Assembly: GCA_032128115.1 (NCBI GenBank)
Contig: JAQBHB010000069.1
Location: 11,801-75,800, forward strand
Length of the DNA stretch: 64,000 nt
DNA from: Deltaproteobacteria bacterium
GTDB lineage: Bacteria > Myxococcota_A > UBA9160 > SMWR01
Reading direction: 5' to 3'
The notes beneath the pieces were generated by a model. It searched no databases and was not told the DNA's origin. It saw only the letters and a list, made by a program, of their open reading frames with translations. Below, in pieces: positions 47,627 through 57,600 of the stretch (its first letter is position 1; each line of letters starts with the position of its first letter). The translations under genes were made by a program, and so were the position numbers.

Positions 47627-48367
47627 CTAGTAGTGGCAGGTGTAACAGTCCTGCGACGCGCCCTCGTGGCGGTGACAATCGATGCACCATCCCATCTCGG
47701 GCTTCGTGGACGGCAGCAGCCACGGCCACCAGATGGTGTCTTTCGTCATGTAGAGCTTGTCCATCTCCTCGACCGCACCGTGGCAGCGTTGGCACTCCAC
47801 ACCCGCCCGGAGGTGGCGGTTGTGTCGGAACTGCACGTATTCCGGAAGGCGATAAACCTGCTCCCATTGGATCGCCTCGCGGTCCTCCCAATGCTGCTTG
47901 AGAACGCGGATCCCCTCGAACTCGTCGTAGCTCTTGGGAAACTGGGAGTGGCACCCCATGCAGACTTCCAGCGACGGCACCCCGGCGGACGGCGAACGAT
48001 CCGTGCCCGAGTGACAGTACTGGCAATCGATCTGGTAGAGCCCCGCGTGGTGTTTGTGGCTGAACGCGATGGGCTGGAGCGGGCCCGGCGCCTCGGGATC
48101 CGAGGCCGCGGCGTAGGAAAGGCAGGCCTCGCGGGTGGGCCACGGCCCGGCGAATTCGCGCGGAATCTCGATCGCGAGATGCGGGTCCTGCTCCTGGCGC
48201 GCCCGAAGCTCATGGGCTTCGCACACGCTGCCTGCCACCAGAGCCCCGTCTGCTTCTGCTTCAGCGATTCCCGGCCGCGGCGTCAGGAATGTCCACGCGA
48301 GCGCGCAGGCCACCCCGAGGGCGGGAACAGCGAAGGCCAGACGGGAGGTCGGTCGAGTCGAACTCAT
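47627..48367 (-). CDS. actA: Alternative complex III pentaheme cytochrome c ActA
   Basis: QPIAFSHKHH and five CxxCH motifs (CQYCH, CMGCH, CQRCH, CIDCH, CYTCH), ends CHY. Confidence 0.92.
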   Translation of the reverse strand: MSSTRPTSRLAFAVPALGVACALAWTFLTPRPGIAEAEADGALVAGSVCEAHELRARQEQDPHLAIEIPREFAGPWPTREACLSYAAASDPEAPGPLQPIAFSHKHHAGLYQIDCQYCHSGTDRSPSAGVPSLEVCMGCHSQFPKSYDEFEGIRVLKQHWEDREAIQWEQVYRLPEYVQFRHNRHLRAGVECQRCHGAVEEMDKLYMTKDTIWWPWLLPSTKPEMGWCIDCHRHEGASQDCYTCHY

Positions 48368-48687
48368 CCGGGAAGCTGGGTCTCCCTTGCCAAAACCGAC
48401 TTTTCGCCGCGACCGGCAACCCCACCACGGGGCCGGAGCGGTTCGCGCCTCTCGTCCGACGGTCTCGCGAGACCGGGGGCCGCCGGTGGAACCGGCAGAT
48501 GACCGGAAGCGCCAGAAAGGAAAACGGCGCGACGCTCATCGCGGTCGCGCTGCCTCTTATCGCTTCCGATGACGGGCGCTGGGATACAACGGAAGCCACG
48601 GCCCGTCAAGCCGGACGACGCTGCAAATTCGCCCGGGGGCGAAGTCCCCCGGAGGGGTTCGAGTCCCCGCGAGCCTTCCCTCCAGAG

Positions 48688-48716
48688 TTGACGTGAGACA
48701 GAATTTCGTCAATGAT
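48688..48716 (+). promoter_or_regulatory. Sigma70-type promoter overlapped by palindromic operator
   Basis: TTGACG-17 nt-AATGAT; inverted repeat TTGACG-N13-CGTCAA (48688-48712). Confidence 0.6.
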
Positions 48717-48741
48717 TCCAGCCTCTTCGGAGGCCGCCCCC

Positions 48742-49830
48742 GTGATCGACTTCGAGCCCAGCGAAGAGCAACAGCTGATCGTCGAAACCGTGCGCCAGTT
48801 CGCGGCCAATGAAGTGAGGCCGCATGCACGCGAGTGCGCCGAGTCGCGCAAGCTTCCCGAGTCGGTGCTCAGCCACGCGCACGAGTTGGGACTGGTGGCC
48901 AACGCGCTGCCGGAGGCATGGGGCGGCGGTGGCGAACGCAGCGCCGTGACCAATGTCCTCGTTTGCGAGGAACTGGCCTACGGCGATCTCTCCCTGGCGC
49001 TCGCCATCCTGTCCCCGTCGTTGATCGCGTTGCCCGTGACCGACTTCGGAAACGACGACCAGAAGAAGTCGCTGCTTCCGCTCTACACCCGGGACCATTT
49101 CGTACCGGGTTCGCTCGCGATCGCCGAACCCCGGGTTCGTTGGGACCCATACACGCCCGCCACCACAGCGCGTCGCGAAGACGGCGACTACGTGCTGGAC
49201 GGTGAGAAGTGCCTGGTGCCCTGGATCGAGGGCGGCGAGATCGTCCTGGTGATTGCCAGCCTGGATTCCAGCGCCCAGGCGTTCGTGGTGCCCCGCGATG
49301 CCAGCGGGCTGCTTGCAATCCCGGAGAAGAACATGGGTCTCGATGGTCTTCCCACCGTCGGACTCGAGCTTTCCGGTGTGCGCGTTCCGGAAACGGCGCG
49401 CCTGGGCGGCGAAACCGGCGCCGATGTGCGTCAGCTGATCCACCGGGGGCGCGTGGGGCTCGCTGCGGCTGCGATCGGTGTGGCGCGGGCCGCCTACGAC
49501 GTGGCCCGGGAATACGCGTTGGAGCGGGAAGCCTTCGGCGCTCCCATCGCCACCAAGCAGGCCATTGCCTTCAAGCTGGCTGACATGGCCATCGAGATCG
49601 ACGGCGCGCGTCTGCTGGTGTGGGAGGCCGCCTGGATCCTGGATCAGGGCCGCGATGCCGTGCGCGAAGCCGCCCTGGCCTACCAGCAGGCCCGGCGCGT
49701 TTCCCTGGACATCGCCGACGGCGCGGTGCAGGTCCTGGGCGGACACGGCTACATCCGCGAGTACCTGCCCGAGATGCACCTGCGTGATGCCCGGGGCTTC
49801 GCAACATTCGAAGCCCTCACACTGGTATAG
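48742..49830 (+). CDS. Acyl-CoA dehydrogenase family subunit (FadE24-like, short C-terminus)
   Basis: GGAGG SD then GTG; EELAYGD, REAFGAPI, QAIAFKLADM, AVQVLGGHGYIRE; ends FEALTLV without YEGT. Confidence 0.9.
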   Translation: MIDFEPSEEQQLIVETVRQFAANEVRPHARECAESRKLPESVLSHAHELGLVANALPEAWGGGGERSAVTNVLVCEELAYGDLSLALAILSPSLIALPVTDFGNDDQKKSLLPLYTRDHFVPGSLAIAEPRVRWDPYTPATTARREDGDYVLDGEKCLVPWIEGGEIVLVIASLDSSAQAFVVPRDASGLLAIPEKNMGLDGLPTVGLELSGVRVPETARLGGETGADVRQLIHRGRVGLAAAAIGVARAAYDVAREYALEREAFGAPIATKQAIAFKLADMAIEIDGARLLVWEAAWILDQGRDAVREAALAYQQARRVSLDIADGAVQVLGGHGYIREYLPEMHLRDARGFATFEALTLV

Positions 49831-49840
49831 GGAGCCCGGT

Positions 49841-51064
49841 ATGCCCATCGCGTTCGACCTCACCGAGAATTCGCTGAAGGCGAAGGCGCACTACCACGCC
49901 ATGGCGGTCGACCACATGCGCCCGGTGTCCCGGAAATACGACGAACTCGAGCACGAATCGCCCCGAGAGTGGATCGACTGGTTCTGGAAGCACGGCCGGA
50001 GCGGCCCCGGCGGGGCACTGGATGGCCCCTCCGACGGGTTCGTCCAGGTGTGCGTACAGGCCGAGGAGCTTTGCTGGGGCGATGCGGCCCTCTACCTGCG
50101 CATGCCGACGCCGGCGCTGGGAGGCTCCGCCGTGGCCGCCGCTGGAACTCCCGAGCAGAAGGAGCGCTTCCTGTCGGCCTTCCGGGGCGACGGCACGCCG
50201 ATCTGGGGCGCCATGGCGATCACCGAGCCTTCGGCCGGCTCGGATGCGGCCGCCATCGAAACCACCGCGGAGCTCGACGGCGACGAGTGGGTCCTGAACG
50301 GAACCAAGATCTTCTGCACCAGTGGCGAGAGCGCCTCCCAGTTCGAGGGCGGCTTCGTCGTGGTGTGGGCCACCGTGGACCGCAGCGCCGGTCGCGCGGG
50401 CATCAAGTCGTTCGTGGTACCGGCGCAGACGCCGGGGATGAAGCTCGCGGGACTGGAGAAGAAGCTCGGGATCCGCGCCTCGGATACGGCGACCCTGATC
50501 TTCGAGAACTGCCGCGTGCCGCGCGAGAACCTGCTGGGCAGCGCGGAGGTGAAGAAGCGCGACGGCAAGAGGTCGGGCGACAAGGGCTTCAAGGGCGCCA
50601 TGGCGACCTTCGACGCCAGCCGCCCCATCGTGGCCGCCATGGCGGTGGGCGTGGGCCGCGCCTCCCTGGACTTCGTGCTTGAAGAACTTTCGCGCCAGGG
50701 AGTGGAAATCCGCTACGACGCTCCCCGCTTCGAGTCGAGCGCGGTGGAGCGGGACGTGATGGAGATGGAAGCGGAGCTGCAGGCCGCCCGCCTGCTCACC
50801 TGGCGGGCGGCCAGCATGATGACCCGGGGCCGACCCAACAACCTGGAGGCCTCCATGGCCAAGGCCAAGGCAGGGCTGGCGGTGATCCGGATCACCCAGA
50901 AGGCGGTGGAACTGCTGGGGCCGCCCGGTTACTCGCAGAAGTGGCTCGTCGAGAAGTGGATGCGGGACGCAAAGATCAACGACATCTACGAGGGCACCCA
51001 GCAGATCAACCAGCTGATCGTCGCCCGGCGCATCCTGAACTACTCTTCCGCCGTCCTGCGCTAG
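49841..51064 (+). CDS. Acyl-CoA dehydrogenase (FadE23-like)
   Basis: MRPVSRKYDE, AMAITEPSAGSD, LNGTKIF, KLGIRASDT, RDAKINDIYEGTQQI. Confidence 0.93.
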   Translation: MPIAFDLTENSLKAKAHYHAMAVDHMRPVSRKYDELEHESPREWIDWFWKHGRSGPGGALDGPSDGFVQVCVQAEELCWGDAALYLRMPTPALGGSAVAAAGTPEQKERFLSAFRGDGTPIWGAMAITEPSAGSDAAAIETTAELDGDEWVLNGTKIFCTSGESASQFEGGFVVVWATVDRSAGRAGIKSFVVPAQTPGMKLAGLEKKLGIRASDTATLIFENCRVPRENLLGSAEVKKRDGKRSGDKGFKGAMATFDASRPIVAAMAVGVGRASLDFVLEELSRQGVEIRYDAPRFESSAVERDVMEMEAELQAARLLTWRAASMMTRGRPNNLEASMAKAKAGLAVIRITQKAVELLGPPGYSQKWLVEKWMRDAKINDIYEGTQQINQLIVARRILNYSSAVLR

Positions 51065-51075
51065 AGGGAGAATCC

Positions 51076-51324
51076 ATGAGTGTGAACCCGGAGCTGCTTG
51101 AGATCCTGGTGTGTCCCGAGACGAAGCAGCCAGTGAAGCAGGCTGACGCCGACCTGCTGGCGCGCCTGACGATCGAAATCGAAGCGGGACGCCTGCGCAA
51201 CCGGGGCGGCGAGCCCGTGACCCGCGTCCTGTCCGAGGCCCTGGTTCGCGAGGACGGGAAGGTGCTCTACCCGGTGGACGACGGAATCCCGGTGATGCTG
51301 ATCGAGGAGTCGATCGAACTCTAG
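51076..51324 (+). CDS. Trm112/YcaR-like small protein
   Basis: LLEILVCPETK...YPVDDGIPVMLIEE. Confidence 0.88.
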   Translation: MSVNPELLEILVCPETKQPVKQADADLLARLTIEIEAGRLRNRGGEPVTRVLSEALVREDGKVLYPVDDGIPVMLIEESIEL

Positions 51325-51432
51325 TCCACTTGTCTGCGCTCGCCTGCGGCTCGCTGCGCGCGGGCCTGCGGCCTGCTTGCGGTGCTGAGCTGCGGAACTG
51401 CCGAGCTGCTGGGGGAATTCCCGGCGTGTGCG

Positions 51433-52134
51433 CTAGGCGATCAGGCGATAGCCGTGGCCCCGCACCGACACGATGTGGCGGGGGTTGGCCGGATCGGGCT
51501 CGATGTAACGGCGCAGGCGAACGATGAAGCTGTCCACCACCCGGGTGCGCGTGTCGGGGCGCAGGCCCCAGACCTCCTCGAGCAGCTCGCCGCGAGTCGC
51601 GGCCTCGCCGTTGCGCTCCAGGAGCGCGCGCAGGAGACCGGCTTCGCGCGTAGTGAGGCTCACCAGACCGTCCGGCGTCTCCAGCTCGAAACGATCGAAG
51701 TGGGCCGTGGCGAGACCGATGGAGACCGGCCCCGACCCCGCGCGCGCGGGGCCGCTCGCGTCCCAGCGACGCCGACGCAGTAGACCCCGCACCCGGGCGA
51801 GCAGCTCGTCCAGGCGGAAGGGCTTGGTCAGGTAGTCGTCGGCTCCCTCCTCCAGGCCGCGCACCAGGTCCTGGATGTCGTCCTTCGCGGTCAGGATCAG
51901 GATGGGCACATAGTTGCCGCCGGCGCGCGCGCGGCGCGCGACTTCGATGCCGTTCACCTCCGGGAGCATGAGATCGAGCACCACCAGATCGAACCCCGCC
52001 TCGGGATCGGCGAGACGGAGGCTGGCCACGCGGCCATCCGGAGCCACCTCGACTTCGTGGCCTTCGGCCTCGAGATTGAAGCGCAGGCCGTCAGCCAGGT
52101 TCGCTTCGTCCTCTACGACGAGGATGCGCGACAT
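51433..52134 (-). CDS. OmpR-family response regulator
   Basis: VVEDE, LDLMLP, LTAK, DDYLTKPF, winged helix (TRVVDSFIVRLR, VRGHGY). Confidence 0.95.
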   Translation of the reverse strand: MSRILVVEDEANLADGLRFNLEAEGHEVEVAPDGRVASLRLADPEAGFDLVVLDLMLPEVNGIEVARRARAGGNYVPILILTAKDDIQDLVRGLEEGADDYLTKPFRLDELLARVRGLLRRRRWDASGPARAGSGPVSIGLATAHFDRFELETPDGLVSLTTREAGLLRALLERNGEAATRGELLEEVWGLRPDTRTRVVDSFIVRLRRYIEPDPANPRHIVSVRGHGYRLIA

Positions 52135-53060
52135 CAGGACACCGGGGCCGCGGCGCGCAGGGTGACTACGAAACGGCTGCCCTCCCCGGACCCGCCGCTG
52201 CGAGCCACGACGCGACCCCCCTGACGCCGCACCAGGTTGCGCACGATGAAAAGTCCCAGGCCGAGTCCCCTCGCCGTCCGCTGGACGTCCCGCCCGGCCC
52301 GGTAGAAACGCTGGAAGACCTTCTTGAGCTCACCGGACGGGATCCCGATCCCCCTGTCGGAGATCTCCACCCGCACTCGACCATCCGTGCCCGACGAGAC
52401 CGCGACACCCACTTCAACGGGGTCCTCCGAGTACTTGACCGCGTTGTCCAGCAGGTTGCGGAACACCACGGAGAGTTCTCCCGCGTCGCCGCTGACCACC
52501 GCCTGGGGATCCAGATCGAGGCGCACCGCCGCCTCGGGCAGCTGATGGCGGGTGCGGATCTCCCGGATCACCTCGGTCAGCAGCGACTGCAGCACCACGG
52601 GCTCAGCCACGAGGACCCGGCCCGGCTCCTCGGCGCGCGCGGCCGTCAGCACCTGATCCACCGTCTGGCTGAGCCGCTCCAGGTCTTCGTGCATGCGTCC
52701 GAGGAACTCGTGGCGCCGCTCCCGGTCCGGGTCGTGTCGAACGAGCGTGTCCAGGTACAAGCGCAGCGACGCCAGGGGCGTCTTCATCTCGTGGGTCACG
52801 GCGTCCAAGAAGGCCTGCTGGCGCTGGTTCACGCGCATCTCGCGCACCAACCAGGCACACAGCCAGACCAGTCCCACGATGAGCAACGCGAAGAACAGGG
52901 TGCCGAAGATCAGGAGAACCCAATCCAGGGTGGTGAGGCCGCTGGCCACGCGGCGCACGTCGCTCACCACCAGCACCTGCCACGCCACCGCCAGCGTCAG
53001 CGCCAGCAGGGTCAGCACGATGCCCAGCGTGAGCGGGAAGCCGATGGATCGCCGCGCCAC
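52134..53060 (-). CDS. Sensor histidine kinase with two TMs and a very short extracytoplasmic loop
   Basis: H-box THEMKTPL, N-box NLLDNAVKY, DRGIG, FQRFYR, GLGLGL. Confidence 0.95.
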   Translation of the reverse strand: MARRSIGFPLTLGIVLTLLALTLAVAWQVLVVSDVRRVASGLTTLDWVLLIFGTLFFALLIVGLVWLCAWLVREMRVNQRQQAFLDAVTHEMKTPLASLRLYLDTLVRHDPDRERRHEFLGRMHEDLERLSQTVDQVLTAARAEEPGRVLVAEPVVLQSLLTEVIREIRTRHQLPEAAVRLDLDPQAVVSGDAGELSVVFRNLLDNAVKYSEDPVEVGVAVSSGTDGRVRVEISDRGIGIPSGELKKVFQRFYRAGRDVQRTARGLGLGLFIVRNLVRRQGGRVVARSGGSGEGSRFVVTLRAAAPVS

Positions 53061-53133
53061 GAGCCCCTCCCGAGAAAGAGGGTACGCTAGAAACGAAGCG
53101 GCGTCTGGGCGCCGTCCGGACGATCTGGAAGCG

Positions 53134-54597
53134 ATGCGGTGGGTTCGAGTTCATAGACGGCGCGGCGGCCGGCTCCTGCGAGGGCTGCTCGCGCTGCTGG
53201 CCTGTGGCGCGGCTTCCGCGGCCGAGTTGCCCCCGGAGGACCAGTGCCCGCTGGTCACCGGCCTGCCGGGCCAGCCGGCGGGCGAGGATGCCGCTGCGCG
53301 TCGTCTGCGCTCCGGGATGCTGCTGGCCTACGAGGACGTGCTGGTGTTGCGGTCGCTGCTGCCCGACGAGATCTGGCAACACCGGGAGCAGTTCTTCCAC
53401 GACGGCATGCGCATGCTGATCGGGCCCTGCCACCGGCGCTACCCGACGCTCTCCTTCTACCGGGAGGCGACCGAGCGGTTCGGCGGCGTGGCAAAGCTCG
53501 ACGACGAGGGAAACCTGAGCGGCTACGTGGCGGGAACCCCCTTCCCGCCCAATGACATCGATCCCCGCGCCCCGGACGCGGGGGCGCGCTGGGCATGGAA
53601 CGTAGAGCACCGCTTCCGGGGCGCCGCCCACGAGGGCCCCTTCCGGGTGGTGGATCTGCCAAGCACCAAGGGCAGCATCCAGACCTTCTCCGGCGACTTC
53701 TTCTTCATCCAGACACGCCACCGGGCGGACCTGCCCGAAAGCGGCTATGCCGTTCCGGATACTCCCGATGCCCTCTGGATCGCCGGAGGTCGCTTCAAGG
53801 AGCCCTTTCGGGCGCGGCACCTGGCGTGGCGGCAGGAGCGCCCCGAAGAGATCAGCAGTCGCTACGAGGAGCCCGACGACACCTTCGTCTACATCCCCAC
53901 GGCGCGGAAGTCGCGGCGCTCGGCCACGGCCTGGGTGGATGGCATGTTCATGCCCCGCTATCGGGTGAGCGGAGACCAGGCCGGAGCCGGCCTGTTCGTG
54001 GGCAACCCCATGGGGGGCGCGGGCGGCGGCGAACTCAACCCCGGATCTGCCGCCTCCAATCAGGCCAGCGAGCACATACGGCGGGGCTTTGTGGGCATGG
54101 CCCTGCGCCCAAACGCCTATGTCTGGCGCTACGAGGGCGAGCGCGAGATCCTGGCCCCCCTCAACGGCGCCCACAAGGACGAGCCGAACCGCAACTTCGG
54201 CCCCAGTGGCCTGTCCGTGGGCGCCGACCGCTGGGACGTGCGCTACGCGGTGGTGCTCCAGGGGATCGCGAGAGAGTCGAACGGTCCCTTCCAGACCCTC
54301 AAGCTCTACGTGGACTACCAGACCCAGCAACCGCTCTTCCTGGTGACCCGGCGAAGCCGCGGCACCTACGTGGACGTGGGCGTGCTGGTGTATCGCTTCA
54401 GCGGAGACATCCCTGGCTATCCGCTGTGGCCCAACGGCGAGAAGGCCATGGTCTTCGACCCGGTCCTGGCTTCCTTCTACTCGGCCCAGGACGGCAGTGG
54501 CTGGCGGCGCGAGAGCTACCGGATGATCTCCACGCCGCTCTCCGCCTCCAAGCTGCGGCGCTACACCACCTCGAGCTACCTGGCCGCCGGCCGCTGA
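53134..54597 (+). CDS. DUF1329-like exported protein (LolA-like fold inferred)
   Basis: Signal peptide; GYVAGTPFP, DAGARWAWN, DDTFVYIPTARKSRR, WRYEGEREIL, LYVD. Confidence 0.75.
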   Translation: MRWVRVHRRRGGRLLRGLLALLACGAASAAELPPEDQCPLVTGLPGQPAGEDAAARRLRSGMLLAYEDVLVLRSLLPDEIWQHREQFFHDGMRMLIGPCHRRYPTLSFYREATERFGGVAKLDDEGNLSGYVAGTPFPPNDIDPRAPDAGARWAWNVEHRFRGAAHEGPFRVVDLPSTKGSIQTFSGDFFFIQTRHRADLPESGYAVPDTPDALWIAGGRFKEPFRARHLAWRQERPEEISSRYEEPDDTFVYIPTARKSRRSATAWVDGMFMPRYRVSGDQAGAGLFVGNPMGGAGGGELNPGSAASNQASEHIRRGFVGMALRPNAYVWRYEGEREILAPLNGAHKDEPNRNFGPSGLSVGADRWDVRYAVVLQGIARESNGPFQTLKLYVDYQTQQPLFLVTRRSRGTYVDVGVLVYRFSGDIPGYPLWPNGEKAMVFDPVLASFYSAQDGSGWRRESYRMISTPLSASKLRRYTTSSYLAAGR

Positions 54598-54630
54598 GGC
54601 CGCGCCGGGCGCGGGCCGGAAGGCGTCGCT

Positions 54631-57600
54631 TCAGAAGGTCCAGCGCAGGCGCAGGAAGAGTTCGTCCCGACCTCGGAACAGCGAGAGCAGATTGTCCTCG
54701 CCGTTCTTGTAGGCGTTGGGGTCCGCCCGGTTCCCGTTGGGTGCGACGCCGCGGATCGGCATGTTCTTCAGCTCGGTCTGTCCGAAGAACAGGTTCGCGC
54801 CGATCGTGGCCGAGAAATTCTCGGTGAAGCGGTACTGCATCTGGGGCAGCACGCCGCCCGACTGGGACTGGAAGTCATACACCGTCACGAACTGCGGAAG
54901 CAGGCGGTCCTGGAAGTAGCCGGCCAGGATCGCGAACGTGAACAAGATGTTCCAGGGCCCGTTGCCGCCGAATCCCCCCTCGTAGTCGGTGAAGTACTGG
55001 AAGAACCACTGGGAGTTGAAGAAGAAGGTGCGGTTCGGATTCAGGAAGTTGATGAACGTGGGCCGGTCCACCGAGACCGTCAGGTTGAGCGTGTCGGTCT
55101 CGTTCACGCCGTTGAACGAGTTGGCATCGAAGACCGTCTCGCCGCCGACCCAGGTGAACTCCATGTTCCAGTTCGTCTTGGTCACGTCCTCGGCGAAGTC
55201 GGTGGAGAAACCAAGCACGTTGCGCTGGTCGTACTGGAGGACGATCTCTCCGCCGCTGTTCCACAGGAACACCCGCCGGCCGCGGCCGTTCGTGCCGCCG
55301 GCCTGCACCACGTTGCGCCGCGGGCCCGAGAGGCCCATGAATCCCTTCACGTTCGAACAGAACTGGGGGGCGGCGAACGAGCAGCGCTGGGGCGAAAAAC
55401 TGTCGTTCGGATCGAAGCACTCGTTATCGGCCATGCGCTCCTGCTGGGAATCGCCGGCGCACGAGGAGGCCACGAAGAACATCTGCACGTTGTAGGAAAG
55501 CGCCGCGCCCTCGGTCTGGAACATGAATACATTCTCGGGGTTGGCGCCCATCAGCTCGGCGGAGAGGTCCCGGTTGAACCAATCGCAGTTGTTTCGCGAC
55601 GGGTCGAGGCTGGCAGCGTCCTCGTCCGGCCTGCAGCCGGCCATGGGATGGAACAGGGTCTGGGCGCCGAGGAGCGGGATGCCCTGGCGGAACGGGATTC
55701 CGTCGGGGTCCTGCCCGCGCGAGTTCGACCCCTCGGCCAGCGTGCCGCCCTTGGCCGCGCACGATTCGAGCTGCTCGGACAGCGTTCCGCTTCCGAAGCC
55801 GCCGTTGGCGGGCGTGCCGTCGAAGCCCACCGCGCGAACCGGGATGCCGCCGATGTCGAGTTCGCCGTCGCCGTTGCTGTCGCCAAAGACGCAGCCGTCG
55901 ACCGAGGGCAGGTACTCGTCCTGGAACGTCACCACGTAGCGCTTACCGGTGGGCGAGGATCCGTCAGCCTCCTCGCTGATGCTCTCGATTCCCCGGCATC
56001 CAGGCAGCACCACCAGCTCGCCGGTGCCCTCGTTGAATACGGTGCAGGGCTGTGCGGTATCCGAGTGTGCGCCCACGGGCTGGATGCTGGGCTCGAAGCC
56101 CAGCTGGGCTGCTAGCGCGCTGTCGTCGTACTCGCCCAATCGGAACGTATGGGGCTGCAGCAGGCTCTGGGCCGTGGTGAGCCAGGTGGGGAACACGGGG
56201 TTCGTGAATCGCAGTGGCACCGGGTTGTCCGTGGGGTCGTCAGGCGTGATGTCGATGAGCGGGAAGAAACCGCCACCCTTCGTCAGGGAGTCATTGGCAC
56301 CGACTCGGCAGTACTGGGGCGGCACCGGCGAAGTGCGCTGGCAGCGGTCGATCATCCCGCCATCCGGGTCGACGCGCTCCGCCTCTGACGCCTCGAAGGC
56401 CGCAACCAGACGGGGGGTCCAGTTGTCGGGGCCCGTGCCCTCGATGCCCACCCACGACTGGAAGAGGAAGCTGGCATCGGCATTCAGGAGATCGATGCCG
56501 CCACCACGGGGAATCAGCGGGGTGTCCTCCTCCTCCAGCACGCCCTCCAGCACGCCGTCACCCGGATCCCGCTCCCGATAGATCGGCACCGCGTCCGCCG
56601 AGTCGCAACGGGTACCCAGGAAAGGTCCGCATCCCAGCAGGGCCTTCTGCTCGTTGGTGAGAGTGCTGTCCAGGGTGAGCCAGTCGGAACCGGCGTCGTA
56701 GTGGAAGCTCAGCTCCCGGCACGGTCCCGAATTGGCAGCCTGGGTATTCCCGTTGGCGCGGAAATCGGCGCAGTTGACGGTCTCGATCAAGCCGTCGCCG
56801 CCCGGATTCACGAACATCACGCTCGTCGGATTGTCCGGGTTCGGCAGGTTGATGGCGGTGTTGCGGGCCGTGATGATCCCGTCCCAGCCACCCGCCTGCA
56901 GCGACGCCACGCACGCGGCCTTCTCGGGGTCGGTGCCCATCGAGGGGTCGCAGATCGGGCCCCGGTCGCGGTTCATGGTCACCAGGGGCGCCGCGACTCC
57001 GTGGGCATCGGGATCCAGGCCGCGGGCCTGGCCCGTCAACGAGATGATGAAGGCGTTGGAGGCGGGCTCGCCGGTGAAGACGATGCTGAAGAACTCCGAG
57101 GCCGGGAACGGCGCCACACCGCCGGCCACCACGTTGGTGCTGCCGAAGATGGCCAGGGCACAGACGGTGGGGTCCAGACCGACGACACCCAGGGTCGCGC
57201 TACAGGCGAAGGCGTGGAACTGCTGGTTGGCCGGGTGGAACTCCAGCGCGTTCTGGGCCCCGCCGAAGTCGTTGGTGGCCTGGTAGTCGGCAGCGCCGCC
57301 CGCCTTGAGACACGGCCCATCGATGCCGATGCCCCGGGGGCTGGAAGAGAGCGGGTTCTTGGAGTTGCTGAAGTCGAGCTCGACGAAGCTGCCGTCCACG
57401 ACCATCACCGGCGAGGTGCTCAAGCCCGTGGTGGGGTCGGTGCCCGGCGTGGCGCAGCCGCTGCCGGCGACGCCCGTCCAGGTATGCTGGAGGCCCGCAT
57501 CGCCCCCGGCGAAGCGCGTCACCAACGGCCGCCCGGTGGCCAGGTCCACGTTGCGCTCGAAGTACATGATGGGATCGGGCGACGGGATATCGTCGTAGCC

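Noticed and set aside
51330..51430. CTGCGG-rich stretch between convergent genes as a REP element
   Set aside because: Short imperfect repeats with no second copy seen in the window; cannot be supported without the whole genome
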